A DNA stretch of 46,663 bases from a virus. Lineage: Duplodnaviria; Heunggongvirae; Uroviricota; Caudoviricetes. Under the pieces are notes generated by a model. That model did no database searches and was not told the origin of the DNA. It saw only the letters and a program-made list of their open reading frames with translations. The DNA lies in IMG/VR virus record IMGVR_UViG_3300012347_000217, positions 1 through 46,663 of that record. One strand, given 5' to 3'. Position numbers and translations under genes: made by a program. The first letter of the stretch is position 1. The number at the start of each line of letters is the position of its first letter. Below, piece after piece: positions 5,578-11,175 of this stretch.

Positions 5578-6195
5578 ATGAATTACATAAAAGAAATATT
5601 TGATCCAGTAAATGAGCAACATGCAAAAGACATTTGTTTATCTCCTGATAGAAATGATCCTAAGAAGTTTCAAAAAGAAACTGATTTTCTGATTAAGTTT
5701 TTACATGACAATGGTTATGCTACACCAGAAAAAGATATTGCTGATTTTGGTTGTGGTGTTGGACGTGTAAGTAAGCAACTGATTGAACAGTTAAAATGTA
5801 AGGTTGTTGGGTTTGATATCTCTAAGAAGATGATACATACAGCAATCAATTATATCGAGAATGATGATTTCGACTTTTACCATTATGGTGTGAGTGTCGA
5901 AAACAAATGCAAAATTAAATTTGATACAGTAATCGCTTCTTTGGTTCTCCAGCATAGCGAACACCCTATATACGATATCAATTTTATCGACAGTATTATG
6001 AAACCTAATGGTGTATTAGTATTAGTCAATGAGAAGGAGCGTTATGTTCCTACTGAGATTGTAGATGGTGCCGTAAAATGGCATGATGATGGTATTGTTA
6101 TAGTAGATGAAGTGTCGAAGGTATTTGACCTAGTCGGTGAATACAACTACTATACAAGACCTGATAAATGTTTAACAGTTTGGAGAAAAAGATGA
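5578..6195 (+). CDS. Class I SAM-dependent methyltransferase
   Basis: IADFGCGVGR motif I, VGFDIS, FDTVIASLVLQH. Confidence 0.88.
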   Translation: MNYIKEIFDPVNEQHAKDICLSPDRNDPKKFQKETDFLIKFLHDNGYATPEKDIADFGCGVGRVSKQLIEQLKCKVVGFDISKKMIHTAINYIENDDFDFYHYGVSVENKCKIKFDTVIASLVLQHSEHPIYDINFIDSIMKPNGVLVLVNEKERYVPTEIVDGAVKWHDDGIVIVDEVSKVFDLVGEYNYYTRPDKCLTVWRKR

Positions 6196-6359
6196 GTGAT
6201 GGTGGAAAAGGTTCTAGTCCTCGACCATTTAGTATTTCACAGCAGGAGTATGACAATCGCTGGGACAATATTTTTAGTCGTGACTTGAAAGATGAGAAAG
6301 AAGATAAAGTGACACGTAACAATGAGGAAACTCAAGAGGTGTTAAATCAGAATAAATGA
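6192..6359 (+). CDS. Small hypothetical phage protein (MSDGGKGSSPRP...)
   Basis: Internal ATG of the 6168 ORF, ATGA-coupled to the methyltransferase stop. Confidence 0.65.
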   Translation: MSDGGKGSSPRPFSISQQEYDNRWDNIFSRDLKDEKEDKVTRNNEETQEVLNQNK

Positions 6360-6434
6360 GTCGGTAGTTCCAATTGGCAGAACGGCGGATTCCAAATCCG
6401 TTAGTTGGGGGTTCGAGTCCCTCCCGGCTCGCCA
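6358..6434 (+). tRNA. trnW: tRNA-Trp (CCA)
   Basis: GAGTCGG/CCGGCTC, loop TTCCAAA, G73, CCA. Confidence 0.92.
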
Positions 6435-6454
6435 TAATTAGAAAGGTGATTGAT

Positions 6455-6943
6455 ATGAGTAAATTCGACATTCAAGAAGTTAAGCAGTTCATTTTGGATC
6501 AAGGTCCAGATACACGTGTTTATCTTGGTGCTGACTCTGAGCGAATCAGAGTAAACGGTGTATGGTATGCCGACTATGCACTTGCTGTCGTTGTTCATAT
6601 CGACGGCCGCCACGGTTGTAAAATCTTCGGATATGTTCACCGTGAAATTGATTATGACCACAAGAAAAGTAAACCTGCTATGCGTCTGATGACAGAAGTA
6701 TACAAGGTTTCAGAATTGTTCCACGAAATGCAAGATGTATTGGAAGACCGTCATGTTGAAGTCCACCTAGACTTGAACAAAAACGAAATTCATGGTTCTT
6801 CATGTGTGGTACAGCAAGCGATTGGCTATATAAAGGGCACATGTAACATGACCCCAATGGTCAAGCCAAATGCACCGGCTGCTTCTTTCTGTGCAGACAG
6901 ATTGAAACGTATTCTTGCAGAACAAGAATTGTTGGCAGCGTAA
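6455..6943 (+). CDS. RNase H-like YkuK/DUF458-family protein
   Basis: Start at MSKFDIQ after AAGGTG; YLGADS, RLMTEV, EVHLD, AASFCADR acidic motifs. The ORF-track start at 6374 lies inside tRNA-Trp. Confidence 0.75.
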   Translation: MSKFDIQEVKQFILDQGPDTRVYLGADSERIRVNGVWYADYALAVVVHIDGRHGCKIFGYVHREIDYDHKKSKPAMRLMTEVYKVSELFHEMQDVLEDRHVEVHLDLNKNEIHGSSCVVQQAIGYIKGTCNMTPMVKPNAPAASFCADRLKRILAEQELLAA

Positions 6944-7013
6944 AGAGTTTGTTCGAACTAGCAGGAGTGCTTCCGTTCTCGTCCTGCGAATATAAAAAAT
7001 ATAACGGAGCCAT

Positions 7014-7087
7014 GCGGGTATGATGTAAAGGTAGCCTGTGACCTTGCCAAGGTTAGTGTGGGAGTTCGATTCTCCCTACCCGCTCCA
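7014..7087 (+). tRNA. trnG: tRNA-Gly (GCC)
   Basis: GCGGGTA/TACCCGC, loop TTGCCAA, U73, CCA. Confidence 0.92.
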
Positions 7088-7107
7088 CATTTTATGAAAG
7101 TTTTAGT

Positions 7108-7350
7108 ATGACGTATATTCCATTGAACGGCAACGTAATCGTTGAACGTGTTGCACCAGTTAAAGTATCTTCTGGTGGTATCATCTTGCAATCATCCGTT
7201 GAACCTGATAAAGCAAAAGTTATTGCTACTGCATCAGATGAAGTTAAGATTGATGACTTGCTATTGATTAATTGGAATAAGTGTGCTAAGATTGGTGAAG
7301 ACACCTTCCGTATTCATATTACGGACTGCATTGCTGTCTTCACAGAATAA
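7108..7350 (+). CDS. groES: GroES-like co-chaperonin
   Basis: PLNGNVIVER...SSGGIILQ...AKVIA pattern, 80 aa. Confidence 0.85.
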   Translation: MTYIPLNGNVIVERVAPVKVSSGGIILQSSVEPDKAKVIATASDEVKIDDLLLINWNKCAKIGEDTFRIHITDCIAVFTE

Positions 7351-7351
7351 T

Positions 7352-7426
7352 GCCTTGTTAACTCAGCGGTAGAGTGTCTCCCTTACAAGGAGAAGGTCGG
7401 CGGTTCGATCCCGTCACAAGGTACCA
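7352..7426 (+). tRNA. trnV: tRNA-Val (TAC)
   Basis: GCCTTGT/ACAAGGT, loop CTTACAA, CCA. Confidence 0.92.
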
Positions 7427-7430
7427 ACAT

Positions 7431-7504
7431 GCTCTTATAGTACAGTGACAGTACATACCCTTGGTACGGGTAGGACCTGAGTTTGATTCTCGGTAAGAGC
7501 ACCA
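7431..7504 (+). tRNA. trnT: tRNA-Thr (GGT)
   Basis: GCTCTTA/TAAGAGC, loop TTGGTAC, T loop TTTGATT, CCA. Confidence 0.88.
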
Positions 7505-7516
7505 AGATTTCTTAGT

Positions 7517-7589
7517 GTTGGCCATCGCCAAGTGGTAAGGCCGAAGGTTGTGATTCTTCTATGCGTGGGTTCGATCCCCACTGGTCAAC
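7517..7589 (+). tRNA. trnH: tRNA-His (GTG), CCA not encoded
   Basis: G-1:C73 extended acceptor GTTGGCCA/TGGTCAAC, loop TTGTGAT; followed by CCT. Confidence 0.85.
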
Positions 7590-7605
7590 CCTAAGAAATT
7601 TTAAT

Positions 7606-7681
7606 GCCTTTGTAGCTCAGGTGGTAGAGCAGTAGACTGAAAATCTATGTGTCGGCGGTTCGACTCCGTCCAAAGGCACCA
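7606..7681 (+). tRNA. trnF: tRNA-Phe (GAA)
   Basis: GCCTTTG/CAAAGGC, loop CTGAAAA, CCA. Confidence 0.93.
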
Positions 7682-7805
7682 TATATAAACTCTCTGAGTG
7701 ACTACACTGGAGTACATCAAGTAAGAGCAAAGTCGACCACGCTCCGAACGTTGCCAGGAAGTAGGGTCACCGTGGATTCAAGTACCGCAGAGAGTTTTTA
7801 TATGG
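7679..7805 (+). ncRNA. Structured RNA closed by an 18-position stem (CCATAT...ATATGG family)
   Basis: 7679-7696 pairs with 7788-7805 with one mismatch; internal GTGAC/GTCAC and CTGG/CCAG helices; degenerate T-arm-like segment. Confidence 0.65.
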
Positions 7806-7878
7806 GCAGTAAACTTTGACGATGAAGTCCGGCCTCTTAAGCCGAGAGAAGACAGTTTGAATCTGTCACCGCCCACCA
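7804..7878 (+). tRNA. trnK: tRNA-Lys (CTT)
   Basis: GGGCAGT/ACCGCCC, loop CTCTTAA, T loop TTTGAAT, CCA. Confidence 0.82.
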
Positions 7879-7883
7879 ATTTT

Positions 7884-8011
7884 GGGAACGTGATGTAATG
7901 GTAGCATAGCATAGCAAAAAGTCAATTCTGTAAAGAATTGTTTCCGCAACACCTATAGCTCTAACTCTGTAAAAGTTCTTGTGCGTGGTTCGAATCCCGC
8001 CGTTCCCACCA
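7884..8011 (+). ncRNA. tRNA-Tyr(GTA)-like RNA with a 53-nt extra arm between the D and anticodon arms
   Basis: GGGAACG/CGTTCCC-A-CCA, D arm, insert 7910-7962, AACT-CTGTAAA-AGTT, T loop TTCGAAT. Confidence 0.65.
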
Positions 8012-8016
8012 ATTTT

Positions 8017-8112
8017 AGGATGACTACAGCAAACAATTTTTAAGGTTCGATTCCTTATTTTGCCACCAAAACTCGGCAGAGTCGCTCATCGGGAGCACCA
8101 AATCATCCTGCT
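8017..8112 (+). ncRNA. CAGCAA-scaffold RNA copy 5: circularly permuted tRNA mimic (YrlA Y-RNA-like)
   Basis: AGGATGA/TCATCCT stem, then T-arm, loop-closed acceptor TTTTGCC-ACCAAAACTC-GGCAGAG, then D-arm GCTC-ATCGG-GAGC. Confidence 0.75.
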
Positions 8113-8119
8113 ATTCAAT

Positions 8120-8196
8120 GCCCTCGTAGCCCAATTGGTAGAGGCAGCAGTTTCAAACACTGTACAGTGTGAGTTCGAATCTCACCGTGGGCACCA
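8120..8196 (+). tRNA. trnL: tRNA-Leu (CAA), short variable loop
   Basis: GCAGT-TTCAAAC-ACTGT, 5-nt variable region, A73, CCA. Confidence 0.82.
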
Positions 8197-8208
8197 TCGG
8201 AGATATAA

Positions 8209-8373
8209 ATGAAATCACCAGTACAACGTGGAGTTCCAGGTAATGTAAAAATGCGTGGAAGAAAAACAAAACTAATGTCTTGCTTATGTTGCGAAATGAT
8301 TAATTTCAAATGGTCTGAACGTTGGAAAGAAGCAAAGAAAGAAATTTCTGGTAACAATACAAAAGAGTATTGA
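8209..8373 (+). CDS. 54-aa basic hypothetical protein (MKSPVQRGVPG...)
   Basis: GGAG ribosome-binding site at about 8199, open frame to TGA at 8371; shorter than any ORF in the track. Confidence 0.55.
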   Translation: MKSPVQRGVPGNVKMRGRKTKLMSCLCCEMINFKWSERWKEAKKEISGNNTKEY

Positions 8374-8398
8374 CATATTACACTTAATTTGATACAAT
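8370..8398 (+). promoter_or_regulatory. sigma70 promoter
   Basis: TTGACA-17 nt-TACAAT, upstream of scaffold copy 6, the oxygenase, scaffold copy 7 and the TROVE-like gene. Confidence 0.85.
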
Positions 8399-8426
8399 TG
8401 CGTCATCGTGATTGTTAAAGAGTTTT

Positions 8427-8612
8427 AGAATAGGTTCAGCAAAACATGTTTAACGGGTAGCAATACCCGCTACGAATCGCTGATATCTTTTTCCAATAGC
8501 TGGAGCCTGTATGGGCTTTGAAGGTTATTCGAATGCCTAACGGCAAGGATATCAGATAAGTGAGTTTCGATTTCTCACTGACAGAAACAAAAAGAAGAAA
8601 ACTATTCTGCTG
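8427..8612 (+). ncRNA. CAGCAA-scaffold RNA copy 6 with a large multi-hairpin cargo
   Basis: AGAATAG/CTATTCT; CGGGTA-GCAA-TACCCG, CTGATATC/GATATCAG multibranch, T-arm-like GTGAG/CTCAC; tail GCTG. Confidence 0.7.
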
Positions 8613-8637
8613 ATTGTAGGTTAACTTGAGGAGTTTA

Positions 8638-9228
8638 ATGAATATCATCACTAACAAGACACCATTCGAATATATTGTAATTGATGATATGTATTCGGAA
8701 GATGAACTCAAATTAATTTGGCGTGAAATTGATTTCTTGACACCTAAGATGAAAACACCTGCTCAAACAGGTTCAGCTATTGATGCATCAAACAACAGTT
8801 ACAAAAAGAATGCTAATGGATTATTTTTGGATGCTGTATATTCGGATCGTAGTGTGTCAGATTTACTGACATTGAACCGAAAATTGTTTGATGAAGAAAT
8901 TATCAATGAAGGTAAGAAATTACATCCAATTTTTGGATTCATGGATTTTTGTAACAGTGATACGACATTGTTAAATCATTATACGAATGGTGGCTATTAT
9001 GCACCACATAGAGATGTAGCAGTGTTATCTTCGGTAACATTCTTTATTGATGATGTGGGATTTACTGGAGGCCAATTCGAATTTACTGATTATAATGTTC
9101 AGATTGAACAGAAGAATAATAGAACTGTACTTTTTCCAAGTACCGTGAGACACTCTGTAACACAAGTTCAGGTCCCACATAATGGAAAAGGTCGCTATTC
9201 GATGGCACAATTTTTGATGATGAAATAA
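8638..9228 (+). CDS. 2OG-Fe(II) oxygenase (prolyl-hydroxylase-like)
   Basis: HRD...H...RYS motifs; GAGGAG ribosome-binding site before ATG 8638. Confidence 0.85.
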   Translation: MNIITNKTPFEYIVIDDMYSEDELKLIWREIDFLTPKMKTPAQTGSAIDASNNSYKKNANGLFLDAVYSDRSVSDLLTLNRKLFDEEIINEGKKLHPIFGFMDFCNSDTTLLNHYTNGGYYAPHRDVAVLSSVTFFIDDVGFTGGQFEFTDYNVQIEQKNNRTVLFPSTVRHSVTQVQVPHNGKGRYSMAQFLMMK

Positions 9229-9255
9229 AAGAATATAACTATTCTGTGGATTTTT

Positions 9256-9319
9256 AGGTTAAGTTCAGCAAATAAAAAGCATTCAACTTGTAATTGAAAA
9301 CGCAAAAATTAACCTGTTG
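9256..9319 (+). ncRNA. CAGCAA-scaffold RNA copy 7 with a Thr(TGT) anticodon stem-loop, in the leader of the TROVE-like gene
   Basis: AGGTTAA/TTAACCT; inner TTCAA-CTTGTAA-TTGAA; tail GTTG; AAGGAG follows at 9326. Confidence 0.72.
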
Positions 9320-9337
9320 TTTTAAAAGGAGTATATT

Positions 9338-10768
9338 ATGACAACATTTGTAGAAGCCGTGAAGAACCAAGAAGCCCGTACCACTAACGGTATGAAGGCA
9401 CGTAAGTCGACCGCTAACGCTGTGGTTGATTTGTATTACAATGCGGGTGCATCCCGTGGTAAAAACATTCTGCCAGCATTTACTGCTGCTTATGTTGAAA
9501 ACAAAGAGTTGGCACTCCGTGTTGCCGCATGGCTACGTGACGCACGTGGTGGTGCTGGTGAACGCAAGTTGTTCCGTGATATTCTAGTACACCTAGAAAA
9601 TACCGATCCAGATGCCGCTTTGGCATTGCTGGCAAAAGTACCTGAACTTGGCCGTTGGGACGATATCTTCGTCTTCAAGACCAAGTTTATGAAAGATGCT
9701 GCATACACACTATTGGGTGACGCTCTGCGTGAACGCAATGGTTTGGCAGCTAAGTGGACTCCTCGCCAAGGTCCAGTTGCGGCAGAAATCCGTACATTCT
9801 TCGGAATGTCACCAAAGTTCTACCGTAAGTCTTTGGTCAATATGACCAATGTTGTTGAAACACAAATGTGTGCGAAGGATTGGAACTCAATCAACTTCTC
9901 TCACGTTCCATCTGTTGCAGCAGCACGTTACAAGAAGGCATTTAACCGTAACACAACAGCATACGCAACATATGTTGCAGCACTTGTAAAAGGTGATGTT
10001 GCTGGTGTTAAAGTGAATGCTGGCGCAGTTTACCCATATGATGTATTGAAGGGTCGTATCGGCTCTTACCGTACATCATACGATAAGACTGAAATGGACT
10101 TGATCCAAAAGCAATGGGAAGCACTACCAAACTTCGTTGGTGATGCAAGCATCCTACCATTGGTTGACACCTCTGGTTCTATGACTTGCCCAGCAGGTGG
10201 TTACCAATCCAAGTCAGGCTTGTCCTGCATGGAAGTTGCAGTCTCATTGGGATTGTACTTGGCTGATAAGAACAAGGGTGCGTTCAAGGACACATTCTTG
10301 ACCTTCTCATCTAAGCCTCGTCTGTTGCACTTGAAGGGCAATATCAACGAGAAGATTGCTCAAATGTGTACCGGTGAAGTTGCTAATACCAACCTCAACG
10401 CCGCATTGGATAAGATTCTTGAAGTGGCAGTACAGCACAAAGTAGCTCAAGCAGATATGCCAGCTATGTTGTTGATCCTGTCAGATATGCAATTTGATGG
10501 TGCTGTTGGTGGTCGTGATGACTCTGCAATGGAAATGATTGCACGTAAGTACAATGCAGCGGGTTACACCGTTCCAAAGGTGACTTACTGGAACTTGAAC
10601 GCTGCTTATGGCAACGCTCCAGTGAAGTTTGACACACATGGTACTGCATTGGTGTCTGGGTTCTCGCCAGCCGTGGTTAAGCCATTGCTTGCTGCTGACC
10701 TAGAAGTCTTCACACCAGAATCTGTGATGATGAAAACCATCATGGATGACCGTTACAAAGTCTTGTAA
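9338..10768 (+). CDS. TROVE/DUF2828-like helical domain plus vWA domain (Ro60-like RNA-binding protein candidate)
   Basis: Helical N-terminus with RDARGGAGER and GRWDD; C-terminal vWA MIDAS LVDTSGSM and ILSDMQFD; 476 aa; strong ribosome-binding site. Confidence 0.7.
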   Translation: MTTFVEAVKNQEARTTNGMKARKSTANAVVDLYYNAGASRGKNILPAFTAAYVENKELALRVAAWLRDARGGAGERKLFRDILVHLENTDPDAALALLAKVPELGRWDDIFVFKTKFMKDAAYTLLGDALRERNGLAAKWTPRQGPVAAEIRTFFGMSPKFYRKSLVNMTNVVETQMCAKDWNSINFSHVPSVAAARYKKAFNRNTTAYATYVAALVKGDVAGVKVNAGAVYPYDVLKGRIGSYRTSYDKTEMDLIQKQWEALPNFVGDASILPLVDTSGSMTCPAGGYQSKSGLSCMEVAVSLGLYLADKNKGAFKDTFLTFSSKPRLLHLKGNINEKIAQMCTGEVANTNLNAALDKILEVAVQHKVAQADMPAMLLILSDMQFDGAVGGRDDSAMEMIARKYNAAGYTVPKVTYWNLNAAYGNAPVKFDTHGTALVSGFSPAVVKPLLAADLEVFTPESVMMKTIMDDRYKVL

Positions 10769-10773
10769 CGCCT

Positions 10774-10800
10774 ATGAGGATTCGAAAGAGTCCTCATTTT
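10774..10800 (+). terminator. Intrinsic terminator-like hairpin
   Basis: ATGAGGATTC-GAAA-GAGTCCTCAT-TTT just after the stop codon. Confidence 0.65.
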
Positions 10801-10920
10801 AGAATACATTAATTTGGTGCTAATAAACGAGATAACACCATTTGTGACAAGAAGTTGCTGTCAAAGACGATAAATTCCTTCTCAGGATTTGCAACAGTCG
10901 GATAATGTATTCTAAAATGA
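10794..10920. ncRNA. Structured element closed by an 18-bp perfect inverted repeat
   Basis: TCATTTTAGAATACATTA / TAATGTATTCTAAAATGA enclosing three hairpins. Confidence 0.5.
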
Positions 10921-10922
10921 AT

Positions 10923-11006
10923 GCGGGTATGATGAAATTGGTAGTACATAGGAGACTTAAAATCTCCCGCTTCGGCGTCCCGGTTCGAGTCCGGGTGCCC
11001 GCACCA
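10923..11006 (+). tRNA. trnL: tRNA-Leu (TAA), long variable arm
   Basis: GCGGGTA/TGCCCGC, GGAGA-CTTAAAA-TCTCC, CCA. Confidence 0.92.
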
Positions 11007-11012
11007 GATGAT

Positions 11013-11087
11013 GCCTTGGTAGCTTAATGGTAAAGCAGGGAACTCATAATTCCTTGAGTGGGAGTTCAATTCTCTCCCAAGGCACCA
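11013..11087 (+). tRNA. trnM: tRNA-Met/Ile2 (CAT)
   Basis: GCCTTGG/CCAAGGC, loop CTCATAA, CCA. Confidence 0.9.
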
Positions 11088-11100
11088 TATAAATAATTAT

Positions 11101-11174
11101 TGCGGATTAGTGAAACGGTATCACAAAGGACTCATAATCCTTAATTCCTTGTTCGAATCTTGGGTCCGCAACCA
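11101..11174 (+). tRNA. trnM: tRNA-Met/Ile2 (CAT) with a weak T stem
   Basis: TGCGGAT/GTCCGCA, loop CTCATAA, T stem CCTTG/CTTGG with two U.U mismatches. Confidence 0.75.
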
Positions 11175-11175
11175 A

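Noticed and set aside
8115-8711. Minus-strand ORFs 8115..8357 and 8436..8711
   Set aside because: They are antisense to tRNA-Leu, a small plus-strand gene and scaffold copy 6.
3685-9319. CRISPR array interpretation of the repeats
   Set aside because: The copies are irregularly spaced, vary in sequence with covariation, and are not identical direct repeats with uniform spacers. No cas genes are present.
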